Counted from the stretch's first letter, positions 18,594-27,692 are shown. The stretch: DNA of 64,000 bases from an uncultured Candidatus Saccharibacteria bacterium (GCA_964636285.1 CAZWQF010000006.1:938-64937); one strand, 5' to 3'. Numbers and translations are program-made. Notes: generated by a model not told the origin, from the letters alone.

Positions 18594-19437
18594 AAGTTCA
18601 AAGGAGGTAAAAATGCCAAAGGAAGTAAAGGACACTATGAAGCCTGTTCAAGAAAATGTAGAAACACCAACCCACACACACTTTCCAGAATCGCAAAAAG
18701 GATCTCCAATTGCATCAGCAATTATAATGTCAGGAATCCTTGTTTCGTTTTCAATATTTTTACACGCATACATTTTAAAAGGTGTAAGCCTACCAGGCTT
18801 TAAAAATCTTGGTGCAAAAACACAAGAGCAAGGAACAAATGTTAAAACAGCACCTACAGACGACACTTTAATACCAGAAAACCCTGGTGCAAAAGTAGAC
18901 GTCTCTATAGATGACGATGCGGTTAAGGGTAACAAAGACGCAAAGGTAACAATAGTAGAGTTCTCTGATTTTCAGTGCCCATTCTGTGAAAGATTCTATT
19001 CAGATGCATACAAAAGCATAATTAAAGACTACGTAGATTCAGGAAAAGTAAAGGTTGTGTTCAGAGACTACCCACTTTCATTCCACGCAAACGCACAAGT
19101 TTCTGCAGAGGCGTCTGAATGCGCTGCGGATCAAGGCAAGTTTTGGGAAATGCACGATAAGCTGTTTGAGACTCAAAGCGAGTGGTCTGAACTTTCAAAC
19201 GAACTAGCAAAAGGAAAATTTGGAGAGTATGCAGCGCAACTTGGGCTTAACACAGGAAACTTTAATAGTTGCCTAAGTACAGGAAAGCAGACTGAAGAGG
19301 TCAAAAAGGACATGGCCGAAGGAACTAAATATGGAGTTTCTGGAACACCAACAGTCTTTGTCAACGGAATCAAGCTTGTAGGAGCACAGCCATACAGTGT
19401 GTTCAAACAAGCCATAGACGATGAGCTCAACAAATAA
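18562..19437 (+). CDS. DsbA-like thiol:disulfide oxidoreductase (thioredoxin fold, membrane-anchored)
   Basis: CPFC active site within FSDFQCPFC; N-terminal TM anchor; a strong AAGGAGG Shine-Dalgarno sequence. Confidence 0.75.
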   Translation: MATVKEPKEVKSSKEVKMPKEVKDTMKPVQENVETPTHTHFPESQKGSPIASAIIMSGILVSFSIFLHAYILKGVSLPGFKNLGAKTQEQGTNVKTAPTDDTLIPENPGAKVDVSIDDDAVKGNKDAKVTIVEFSDFQCPFCERFYSDAYKSIIKDYVDSGKVKVVFRDYPLSFHANAQVSAEASECAADQGKFWEMHDKLFETQSEWSELSNELAKGKFGEYAAQLGLNTGNFNSCLSTGKQTEEVKKDMAEGTKYGVSGTPTVFVNGIKLVGAQPYSVFKQAIDDELNK

Positions 19438-19831
19438 AACAAAAATCCTGCTAATAATCTCTGCGCTTGGAATTGCAGTGTCGCTATACCTAACTTATGT
19501 AAAACTTACCGGCTCGCCGATAAAGTGTTCAGTAGGGTCGTGCGACATAGTGCAAAGAAGCAAGTACGCAGAGATTTTTGGTATTCCAGTAGCTTTGTTT
19601 GGAGTCCTGTACTATTTAACTGTTGCAATCCTTGCTCAGTACAAAGCCACAAAGATGCTCAAAATAGTAACTTCTTGGGGCATTTTATTTTCGGGGTACT
19701 TAACCTATCTGGAGCTATTTGTGATCCACGAAATCTGTCAATGGTGCGTGATCTCAGCAATACTTGCAACAGGGGCGTTTGTTTTTTCGTTTATAAAAGG
19801 TAGTGCTAGCGAGCAAAAGCAGGAAGTATAA
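19421..19831 (+). CDS. VKOR-family membrane protein (DsbB-analogous disulfide oxidoreductase partner)
   Basis: Loop cysteine pair CSVGSC and a TM CQWC motif; ~4 TM helices; directly downstream of the dsbA-like gene. Confidence 0.65.
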   Translation: MSSTNKTKILLIISALGIAVSLYLTYVKLTGSPIKCSVGSCDIVQRSKYAEIFGIPVALFGVLYYLTVAILAQYKATKMLKIVTSWGILFSGYLTYLELFVIHEICQWCVISAILATGAFVFSFIKGSASEQKQEV

Positions 19832-19838
19832 TTAAAAT

Positions 19839-20297
19839 ATGAAAGCATCAAAAATATATTTTGCGTCTGACCATGGCGGTTTTGGACTAAAAGGAAAGCT
19901 ACTAGAGTTTACAAAATCCCTTGGGTATAGTGTTGAGGATTTAGGACCGGAGAAACTTGATCCAAGTGACGATTACCCAATCTTTGCAAAAAAGATTGCT
20001 GAAAGGGTAGCAAAAGAGCCTGAAAGCTTAGGAGTAATTTTGTGTAGAAACGGAGTTGGAATTTCCGTAGCCTGTAATAAAGTTGACGGGGCAAGATGCG
20101 CTTTATCCTGGAACTCAAAGCACGCTTCCTCAACCAGAAAAGATGATAATGCCAATGTGATTTCAATACCTGCAGATTATGTAGAAAAAACCCAGGCAGA
20201 AGAGATGCTTAAAGCTTTTTTTGAAACCGAGTATGTGCATAACGAGAGATTTGATAGAAGATTAAATGAAATAAAAGACATAGAAAGTTCAAATTAG
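19839..20297 (+). CDS. rpiB: ribose-5-phosphate isomerase B
   Basis: N-terminal IYFASDHGGFGLK; RpiB/LacAB family; 152 aa. Confidence 0.8.
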   Translation: MKASKIYFASDHGGFGLKGKLLEFTKSLGYSVEDLGPEKLDPSDDYPIFAKKIAERVAKEPESLGVILCRNGVGISVACNKVDGARCALSWNSKHASSTRKDDNANVISIPADYVEKTQAEEMLKAFFETEYVHNERFDRRLNEIKDIESSN

Positions 20298-20312
20298 TTA
20301 TAATCAAAACTT

Positions 20313-20957
20313 ATGCAAAAAGTCATCATTCCGGGAATACTTGAAAAAACACTCGAGGAAATAAAGGAAAAACTTGAGGAGGTTGAAAGCATGACGCCTC
20401 TAGTTCAAATTGATGTTGAGGATGGGACTTTCACAAACGCAACTACCTTTTGCGATGTAGATGCGCTAAACGAGCTTGATACATCTGCAATACTTGAGCT
20501 TCATTTGATGGTTCAAAATCCTAAAAACTTTATCCCAAAGTTTCCAAAAGCAGTAAGAAAATTAATTTTCCATATTGAAAGCCAAGGGCTATACAGGGAA
20601 ATCATAGAAGATGTAGAAGAAAGAGGCTTTGAGGTTTGCCTATGTTTAAACCCCGACACGCCTTTTGAAGACGTGGAGCCGTTTCTTGAGTTTGCTGGAT
20701 CTGTTCAGTTCATGACTGTAAATCCGGGAGTACAAGGTCAAAAATTCCTTCCTGAAGTCCTTGAAAAAATTAAAGCTTTTACTGATGAGTACCCTCAGAT
20801 ACCTGTTGAGGTTGATGGGGGAATAAATCCTCACACCGCAAGCCTTTCGGCACAAGCAGGGGCTTCCCTTTTTGTATCTGGAAGCTATATATTAGACAGC
20901 GAAGAGATCAAGAAAAATATAGAAAGTTTAGAGGAGGCAATTGAAAATGAAGATTAG
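20313..20957 (+). CDS. rpe: ribulose-phosphate 3-epimerase
   Basis: IDVEDGTF, HLMVQNP, MTVNPGVQGQKF, VEVDGGIN motifs. Confidence 0.8.
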   Translation: MQKVIIPGILEKTLEEIKEKLEEVESMTPLVQIDVEDGTFTNATTFCDVDALNELDTSAILELHLMVQNPKNFIPKFPKAVRKLIFHIESQGLYREIIEDVEERGFEVCLCLNPDTPFEDVEPFLEFAGSVQFMTVNPGVQGQKFLPEVLEKIKAFTDEYPQIPVEVDGGINPHTASLSAQAGASLFVSGSYILDSEEIKKNIESLEEAIENED

Positions 20958-21525
20958 TAATGTTTCTTTTTTAGGTGGTGCTGAAGTAAAGCAGGATTCT
21001 CCAGTGTACAAAGACGCTGTGGAGGTTGCCAAGGTTTTAGCCGAATCAGGTATCAAAATTTTAAATGGCGGTGGACCAGGAGTAATGAAAGCATCCACAG
21101 AAGGAGCCCATCTTGGAGGCGGCAAAGCAGTAGGAGTGACTTTTTATCCAAAATATAAGCATGCACATTTTGAAGGCAGGGACCATGAAAATAATTTTGA
21201 CGAGGAAGTGGTCTGCAATGATTATTTTGACAGGACACAGAGACTTCTTGAGATGGGAGATGTTCACATATTGTTTGCAGGAGGAACCGGCACATTAAGC
21301 GAATTTGGAATGAGCTGGGCAGTAGCAAGAATTCACGAAGGCCACAACATCCCTATCATTCTTTTTGGAGATTTTTGGAAAAATGTAATTCAATCTTTTA
21401 AAGAGAACCTCATGATAAGGCCTGGAGAAGAAGAGCTGTTTAGAATTGTAAGCACTCCTCAGGAAGCTTATTTTACAGTTAAGGAGCTTGAGGGTCTGGA
21501 AAAACCCTACCCAATACCTCAGTAA
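20941..21525 (+). CDS. LOG family protein (TIGR00730-like, Rossmann-fold nucleotide-binding)
   Basis: GGGPGVM and GGTGTLSEF motifs. Confidence 0.7.
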   Translation: MKMKISNVSFLGGAEVKQDSPVYKDAVEVAKVLAESGIKILNGGGPGVMKASTEGAHLGGGKAVGVTFYPKYKHAHFEGRDHENNFDEEVVCNDYFDRTQRLLEMGDVHILFAGGTGTLSEFGMSWAVARIHEGHNIPIILFGDFWKNVIQSFKENLMIRPGEEELFRIVSTPQEAYFTVKELEGLEKPYPIPQ

Positions 21526-21528
21526 TAA

Positions 21529-22635
21529 ATGCCGTCAAAAAACTGGTTCACATTGCCCCGATTGTTGTTATTCCTTGCTTGCGCGGTGCTTGCAGTTGCA
21601 ACTGTGTACTTAAAAGCAAGTCTTGAAAAAAAGCTTTCTCCGGAAAAACAAGAAATCAATCCAAAAGAACAAATCGAATCAAAAGGAAGCACAGACCGGG
21701 GAAAAGACATAAAAAGCCAAGGAGGAGATGTAACCCAAAAAGATACAATCTACACACCAGGAAGCGTTGGCCAAACGTTTGAGATACCAGTAAGAAACCA
21801 AATCCAAACAAGCTATTTTGATCCCGTGTTTAAAAGAGGTGATGGCCTTGAAGGCTTCTACCACAACAACAAGACCCTTAACGATCTCAAACTAAAAAGA
21901 GTAGATAAAATGATCTCAGTCCAAACAAGTGCTGGTGCAACGCCAAACAACGCCATTACGTCCGATGACTACTCTATTAGGTGGGAAGGCCAGATTTACG
22001 CCCCGGTAACTAGTGACTATAATTTTTACTTTTCAGGGGATAACGCAGTTATTAAACTTTGGGTGGAAAACACACAACTTTCTTTTGCACAGCTTAGAGG
22101 TGAAGACATTAGAATTCCCATTCATTTGGAGGAGAAACAAAGGTATGAAGTAAAAATCGAAATGTATAAAGCAAGAAGCGATTTAGGGGCTTCTTTTAAG
22201 CTTTTATGGGAATTTGATGGCCAACCAAAAATTCCAGTTCCAGCCGAGTACATGTTCACTCAAAAGCTCCCCGCAATGCTCGATGTTCCCATTAAAAATG
22301 AGGATTTTACAGACGGAAAAGCTCAATATGGTTTGAAAGTTGCAAGGAGCGGATTTTACTACCCTTGGGTTAAAGTCTTCACCGCAAGCAAAGATAGAGA
22401 TACTTTTGAAATGCAAATTGATGATCGAATATACGTGTTTGAACTTCCTTCAACTGCTTCTCAATGGATGTGGTTAAAACCATTTTTGGTTGAAAGTTCT
22501 TCGCAAAACAAAGTTGCTACGGCTTATGTTGCTCGAGGTAATAGGGTTATGACAATCTCAAAACTTGAACCAAATATAAAACTTGAACGAATAATTTTGG
22601 TGGACAGCGCCGACTATGCGCCAGACAAGCAGTAA
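21529..22635 (+). CDS. membrane-anchored PA14-domain protein
   Basis: N-terminal TM; PA14-like core YSIRWEGQIYAPVTSDYNFYFSGDNAVIKLWV. Confidence 0.55.
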   Translation: MPSKNWFTLPRLLLFLACAVLAVATVYLKASLEKKLSPEKQEINPKEQIESKGSTDRGKDIKSQGGDVTQKDTIYTPGSVGQTFEIPVRNQIQTSYFDPVFKRGDGLEGFYHNNKTLNDLKLKRVDKMISVQTSAGATPNNAITSDDYSIRWEGQIYAPVTSDYNFYFSGDNAVIKLWVENTQLSFAQLRGEDIRIPIHLEEKQRYEVKIEMYKARSDLGASFKLLWEFDGQPKIPVPAEYMFTQKLPAMLDVPIKNEDFTDGKAQYGLKVARSGFYYPWVKVFTASKDRDTFEMQIDDRIYVFELPSTASQWMWLKPFLVESSSQNKVATAYVARGNRVMTISKLEPNIKLERIILVDSADYAPDKQ

Positions 22636-22693
22636 AGCTACTGCTAACTTACCTACAAGGGGCGATATTCAAAATACGTGGCCTTAAGCAGCA

Positions 22694-22737
22694 AAAGACC
22701 CCGCAAAATTCGTGTGAACAAATCGTGCGGGGTCTTT
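22694..22737. terminator. bidirectional rho-independent terminator hairpin (AAAGACCCCGCA-N20-TGCGGGGTCTTT)
   Basis: A 12-bp GC-rich stem. A U-tract follows it on the minus strand (UUUUGCUGC). It closes both the PA14 gene (+) and the island D operon (-). A G9 homopolymer follows at 22746-22754. Confidence 0.6.
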
Positions 22738-22847
22738 AATCCTCTGGGGGGGGGTATCAGCCGACCTGAACTTGATAAAACCCCGGCCCCTTAGCTTCAA
22801 GCTTCTTCCGCTCAATGAGCGAAATCGTCGCCGACTTTGCAACGCCC

Positions 22848-22994
22848 TCAAGCGGGTTGGGGGTTGGACAACGTCAAGATGCCGCCTTGGTGTCTGAGCG
22901 CGTTGCCCACAACCTCCTTAAAGTTGTACGCCATAGAGGCGTTGGCAGGTTGGAAAGCATTCACCCCATCCCAGTACACAAGCATCTGGTTCAT
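22848..22994 (-). CDS. small hypothetical protein (48 aa), second gene of the GC-rich island D operon
   Basis: ATG preceded by a GGATGAG Shine-Dalgarno sequence; translates MNQMLVYWDGVNAFQPANASMAYNFKEVVGNALRHQGGILTLSNPQPA. Confidence 0.4.
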   Translation of the reverse strand: MNQMLVYWDGVNAFQPANASMAYNFKEVVGNALRHQGGILTLSNPQPA

Positions 22995-23010
22995 GGTAGG
23001 CTCATCCTTT

Positions 23011-23307
23011 CTAAGGCTGAGCGATGAGCGTTGCTTTGAGCACCTGACCTTTCCAGTCAAGAGTGAGCTCATACAGCGCCCCCACGACGAGATTTTCGCA
23101 GGGTTGCGTTTTCTCACCATGCATATGGACACAGTGCAGGGTTTCCTGAACGCCAACCCTTCTGGAGTAGCCTTCAAGCGACAACCCTTCTTTGCCGTTC
23201 TTGATGGCATTGAAGGTGTCCATGCGATCCTTCTTGGCTACGTTCGCCACAGAGATATCCTGCCCTCCCTTGGAATTGAGGAAAAACACTGACTTGATAG
23301 TTGCCAT
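23011..23307 (-). CDS. small hypothetical protein (98 aa), first gene of the GC-rich island D operon
   Basis: The start is MATIKSVFFLNSKGG, with an AGGAG Shine-Dalgarno sequence 7 nt upstream. The gene is GC-rich. The longer ORF in the track is an in-frame upstream extension. Confidence 0.45.
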   Translation of the reverse strand: MATIKSVFFLNSKGGQDISVANVAKKDRMDTFNAIKNGKEGLSLEGYSRRVGVQETLHCVHMHGEKTQPCENLVVGALYELTLDWKGQVLKATLIAQP

Positions 23308-23491
23308 TTCGATACTCCTCGGCCATAGGCCGCTTGCGGGATACCCAATCGTTTGAATTATCCCATAGTAAATTGATGTTTGAAATCTTACACCCAAAAG
23401 CCCATCCGGTCAACCTTAGAAAACCCGGCCATCAGGCCTTAAAACCACCTAACATTGTCTTAAAACCTCAAATCTTCTATACTTTCATTTA

Positions 23492-24349
23492 ATGCCACAA
23501 GAGCACATCTCAAAAACGTTAGCTCAAAAAGCCAATGACATTCGTCAATCCATTATCAGCATGCTTATCAATGCAGGGTCTGGGCACTCAGCAGGCCCAC
23601 TAGATATGGCAGACATCTTTGCTACATTATATTTTCATGTTTTAAACGTTGATCCAGAAAAACCGTATAAAGACGACAGGGATTACGTACTTTTATCTTG
23701 CGGGCACATTTGCCCTGTTTGGTACGCAACCTTAGCTCACAGAGGCTATTTCCCACAAAAAGAACTTTTAACGCTGAGAAAGCTTGGAACAAGACTTCAA
23801 GGACACCCCCACATCCATGCTCTCCCTGGGATTGAAAACACATCAGGACCACTTGGCCAAGGTTTGTCACAAGGAGCGGGCATTGCACTAGGATTAAAAA
23901 TGCAAGGCAAAACAAGCCAATTTGTTTATGTAATAGGATCAGACGCTGAGTTCCAAGAAGGCCAGGTGTGGGAAGCAGCAATGTTTGCTTCAAAAAATCA
24001 ACTGGGCAATCTTATCTGGATAATCGATAGAAATAACATTCAAATTGACGGCTACACAGAAAGCGTCATGCCAATAGAGCCTCTCAGGGAAAAGCTTGAA
24101 GCCTTTGGTTGGTACACACTTGAGGTGGACGGGCACAATCACCAAGAAATAATTTCTGCTTGCGAACATGCAAAAGCCGTGTTCAACAGACCTACCGTAA
24201 TCGTAGCCCACACAATTGCAGGTAAAGGTGTTGATTTTATGGAATATAAATACGAATGGCATGGAAAAGTCCCATCGCCAGAAGAGGCAAAAGAAGCCCT
24301 CAATGAACTTAGAACACTTGGTGGTAAAATAGTTAGCGAGCATCAGTAA
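23492..24349 (+). CDS. transketolase, N-terminal (TPP-binding) subunit
   Basis: GHSAGPLDMADIF and the TPP motif GSDAEFQEGQVWEA...NLIWIIDRNNIQIDG. This is the split-transketolase architecture. Confidence 0.8.
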   Translation: MPQEHISKTLAQKANDIRQSIISMLINAGSGHSAGPLDMADIFATLYFHVLNVDPEKPYKDDRDYVLLSCGHICPVWYATLAHRGYFPQKELLTLRKLGTRLQGHPHIHALPGIENTSGPLGQGLSQGAGIALGLKMQGKTSQFVYVIGSDAEFQEGQVWEAAMFASKNQLGNLIWIIDRNNIQIDGYTESVMPIEPLREKLEAFGWYTLEVDGHNHQEIISACEHAKAVFNRPTVIVAHTIAGKGVDFMEYKYEWHGKVPSPEEAKEALNELRTLGGKIVSEHQ

Positions 24350-24371
24350 AGTTGCTCCAGAAAGGCTTTAA

Positions 24372-24932
24372 ATGTCGGAATCACAAACAACTCAACCAAC
24401 ACAAACAAAATCCAATAAGATGGTTAACATCGCTATCTATACTGCCGTTTTTCTTGTAATGGGTTTTCTAATTCTATACTTTGTAGGACCAAAGTTTGGA
24501 ATTAACCTTTTTGGAAAGGGCAAGGACGCTAACAACATTGAGTACTCAAGAGTAGATGGCTTTCCAAGAGCCTTCAACACTGCAGAACAGGTAAACAAGG
24601 CAAGACTCGTCATTAAAACCGAAGAAGAACTCAAGCAAGCAATCTCAAACATAGATAAATCAGGTGAGATCAAACTTCCTAAAATTAACTTTGAAAAGAA
24701 AATGGCCCTTCTTGTTACATCAAAGACAAGAAACACAGGAGGTTATGAGACACGAATCAGAAAAATCGAATTAGATAAAGACGATTTGGTAGTCACAATC
24801 AGGGATCAGGAACCAGGTAAAACCTGTATGACTACACAGCAATTAAACGTACCTATGGACTTAGTAGTACTTGATAAGACCGACCTGTCCATTGAATGGC
24901 AAGTCAGGCAGGAAGTTAAAGAATGCAACTAA
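24372..24932 (+). CDS. membrane-anchored hypothetical protein (possible PrcB_C-like domain) inserted between the transketolase halves
   Basis: N-terminal TM; a C-terminal GGYETRIRKIELDKDDLVVTIRDQEPGKTCMTTQ region resembling PrcB C-terminal domains. Confidence 0.4.
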   Translation: MSESQTTQPTQTKSNKMVNIAIYTAVFLVMGFLILYFVGPKFGINLFGKGKDANNIEYSRVDGFPRAFNTAEQVNKARLVIKTEEELKQAISNIDKSGEIKLPKINFEKKMALLVTSKTRNTGGYETRIRKIELDKDDLVVTIRDQEPGKTCMTTQQLNVPMDLVVLDKTDLSIEWQVRQEVKECN

Positions 24933-25891
24933 ACCCAAAGATCTACCAGCCCGATGTTGAACAAAAACCAAATCGAATGGGATTTGGCGAAGGGCTTTTG
25001 GTGGCTGGGGATGAAAACCCTGACGTTGTGGCACTCTGCTGTGATTTAAAAGAGTCCACAAGAGTTGACCTTTTTGCATCAAAATATCCAAACAGATACG
25101 TGGAGTTAGGTGCCGCAGAACAAAACATGGCAGGCGTGGCAGCTGGCCTTGCTATAACAGGCAAAATTCCGTTTATCACTTCGTATGCTACTTTTAGTCC
25201 TGGAAGGAACTGGGATCAGATCAGAGTTTCAATTTGCTACTCAAACAATAATGTGAAGATTGTGGGCTCCCATTCGGGAATATCAGTTGGACCTGATGGG
25301 GCAACACACCAAGCTTTAGAAGATATTGCAATAACAAGAGTCTTGCCAAACCTAGTGGTGATTGCACCATGTGACGCTATAGAAGCAAAAAAAGCCACAA
25401 TTGCATCCGCAAAATACAAAGGCCCTGTATACATTAGACTTGCTAGAGAAAAAACTCCAATCATTACAACGGAGGATACTCCATTTGAAATTGGAAAATC
25501 TCAAGTTTTTAGAGAAGGAAATGCAATTACCGTGGTTGCAACAGGAACCTTGGTCTATGACGCACTCATTGCAGCGGAAGAACTCATGCGCGAAAGGGCG
25601 ATTGCAGTAGAAGTGATAAACTGCCCAACAATCAAACCTTTAGATGGTCAAACAATTCTTAAGTCTGTTAAAAAAACTGGTGCACTTATTACAGTGGAAG
25701 AACACCAAATTGACGGAGGTTTTGGAAGCGCAGTTTGTGAGTTTATTTCTGAAACCCACCCTGTTAAAGTTAAAAGAATCGGAATGCCAAACAGCTTTGG
25801 CGAATCCGGCCAACCCAGAGAACTTCTTGAAAAATATGGAATGAGTAAAAACCATATCAAGAATGCGATCAGAGAAATGATTGCCCAGTAG
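24923..25891 (+). CDS. transketolase, C-terminal (pyrimidine-binding) subunit
   Basis: The Pyr domain and the C-terminal domain of a split transketolase; ~320 aa. Confidence 0.8.
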   Translation: MQLNPKIYQPDVEQKPNRMGFGEGLLVAGDENPDVVALCCDLKESTRVDLFASKYPNRYVELGAAEQNMAGVAAGLAITGKIPFITSYATFSPGRNWDQIRVSICYSNNNVKIVGSHSGISVGPDGATHQALEDIAITRVLPNLVVIAPCDAIEAKKATIASAKYKGPVYIRLAREKTPIITTEDTPFEIGKSQVFREGNAITVVATGTLVYDALIAAEELMRERAIAVEVINCPTIKPLDGQTILKSVKKTGALITVEEHQIDGGFGSAVCEFISETHPVKVKRIGMPNSFGESGQPRELLEKYGMSKNHIKNAIREMIAQ

Positions 25892-26924
25892 TCTCAGAAA
25901 CACCAAAGTTTGGGACTTTAAACTGTCCTTAAAGTCTATGTACGATATTATTTCAATGGGCGATTCAGTAATTGACGCCTTTACAGTAATCAGTGAAGCC
26001 GAAGTCCTCTGCCACTTAAGCGAGCAGGATTGTAGGCTGTGTTTAAGCTATTCGGATAAAGTTCCCGTAGATAAATTTAAATTAACAACAGCAGGCAACG
26101 CTTTAAATAATGCGGTAGGGTCAGCAAGGCTTGGGCTTAAGACAGCTTTATACACAGAAATTGGCAATGACATGTTTGGAAAAATGATTGTGGACAAAAT
26201 GATGCAAGAAAAGATATCAACTGATTATGTAAACTTAAATAAAGGCGCAGCTACAAATCTTCACACTGTACTTTCATACAAAGTTGAAAGGACTATACTT
26301 GTCTATCACGAACCAAGAAGTTACAAACTCCCTCAGTTTGAAGAGGCACCAAAGTGGATCTACTATACTTCGCTTTCAAAAGGCTTTGAGAAAGTTCAGG
26401 AGGAGCTTGTTAATTACCTGTACGCAAACCCTGAAGTTAAACTTGCTTTTAACCCGGCAACTTTTCATTTAAGAGCGGGACTGGATGCGTTAAGGGAGAT
26501 AATCAAGAGAACGGAAGTTATTTTTATTAATCGCGAAGAGGCAAAAAGGCTTTTAAACATTGATCTAAAAGAACCCACACCTATTAAGGAGCTCCTTTCA
26601 AAGATTCACGAGCTTGGGGTTAAGACTATAATTATTACTGATGGCCCAAAGGGGTGTACTGTTTACGATGGAAAAGATTACGGACAGCTTGGGCTGTACG
26701 ATGTTCCGATTGTGGAAAGAACAGGAGTTGGCGATGCATTTGCTACAGGTTTTATAGCCGCGCAGGTCTATGGAAAAAACCTTGAGGAATGTCTTAAGTG
26801 GGGAACTATTAACTCTGCAGGGGTTATTCAGGAAATAGGGCCTCAGGACGGACTTCAAACTAAAGACCAGATTGAAAAAGTTTTAGCTTCAAATCCAGTT
26901 TTTACCCCAGTAAATCTTCTTTAA
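25881..26924 (+). CDS. PfkB-family carbohydrate kinase (ribokinase-like)
   Basis: C-terminal motif TGVGDAFATGFIAA, the DTxGAGD-type anion hole. The true start is probably the downstream Met in MYDIISMGDSVIDAF. Confidence 0.7.
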   Translation: MPSSLRNTKVWDFKLSLKSMYDIISMGDSVIDAFTVISEAEVLCHLSEQDCRLCLSYSDKVPVDKFKLTTAGNALNNAVGSARLGLKTALYTEIGNDMFGKMIVDKMMQEKISTDYVNLNKGAATNLHTVLSYKVERTILVYHEPRSYKLPQFEEAPKWIYYTSLSKGFEKVQEELVNYLYANPEVKLAFNPATFHLRAGLDALREIIKRTEVIFINREEAKRLLNIDLKEPTPIKELLSKIHELGVKTIIITDGPKGCTVYDGKDYGQLGLYDVPIVERTGVGDAFATGFIAAQVYGKNLEECLKWGTINSAGVIQEIGPQDGLQTKDQIEKVLASNPVFTPVNLL

Positions 26925-27004
26925 CCTCAATTGAACATATTACTATAAGCTGTTATTATCCGTTTTAACAACCTATTAGCGACTCATGAAAGGAGTCATC
27001 ACAC

Positions 27005-27631
27005 ATGTTGGATTTCTTCATCCTTGAATCCATCCTTAGGGTGGATCTCAGCCTCACAGCGTCCATGCAGGTGGTGCTGTGGGGAATGGGGGCGCCCTAC
27101 CTGGTTTTGGCGATCCTGGCACTTTTCCGTGGCGCCAAACCGCCTGACTGGGGAGCAACTGTGTCCTTGATCGGTATGTTCCTGGCGACCCCGGTGCTGG
27201 GACCTCTGTCCGCCCACCTACTCTGGTCTCTTGCGGACCTTCCGTTCAACTGGCGGGACGTGCAGTGCCACTGGAGCGCCTCAAACCTCTGGCACTTCCT
27301 GAACGGGATCCAGTTATGGGGAGAGCACCTCAAGTGGGACATCACGGACAAAGACAGCCAGGGACGGGCGCCGTACATTGCAGAGGCCATTATCTCCATC
27401 TTGCTCGGAGGCTTATGGACCGTGCTTCTGCTCTGGGTGTTTGGAGGAGGCCTTAGCGTGGAGGAGTTGTGGGTCGGGCTGGTCTACTTTTACGGGATGC
27501 AAGGGATCATGAACTGGGCGCAGGACACAGGGCCACTTGGACGCCCTCTGGCCGACTACATCGGAAAGAGCAGCCTGGTGGCATTCCTGTTTCACTTGGC
27601 CTTGGCCCTCATCTATCTTATCGCCCGGTAA
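27005..27631 (+). CDS. hypothetical polytopic membrane protein encoded in a GC-rich island (island E)
   Basis: An AAAGGAG Shine-Dalgarno sequence lies 9 nt upstream of the ATG. The protein has 5-6 TM helices and is Trp-rich. GC is ~65%. A strong terminator follows immediately. Confidence 0.55.
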   Translation: MLDFFILESILRVDLSLTASMQVVLWGMGAPYLVLAILALFRGAKPPDWGATVSLIGMFLATPVLGPLSAHLLWSLADLPFNWRDVQCHWSASNLWHFLNGIQLWGEHLKWDITDKDSQGRAPYIAEAIISILLGGLWTVLLLWVFGGGLSVEELWVGLVYFYGMQGIMNWAQDTGPLGRPLADYIGKSSLVAFLFHLALALIYLIAR

Positions 27632-27644
27632 GACAGAGGACCAG

Positions 27645-27692
27645 AAACGGTCGGGGATTACTGACGCACGTCAGCCCCGACCGTTTTTTCTA
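27645..27692 (+). terminator. rho-independent terminator (AAACGGTCGGGG-loop-CCCCGACCGTTTTTT)
   Basis: A 12-bp perfect stem followed by T6. Confidence 0.75.

Noticed and set aside
22848-23397. Apparent frameshifted pseudogene (two overlapping minus-strand ORFs in different frames)
   Set aside because: Reading the sequence shows a TAG stop, then a GGATGAG Shine-Dalgarno sequence and a new ATG. These are two intact small genes in tandem, not a disrupted gene.
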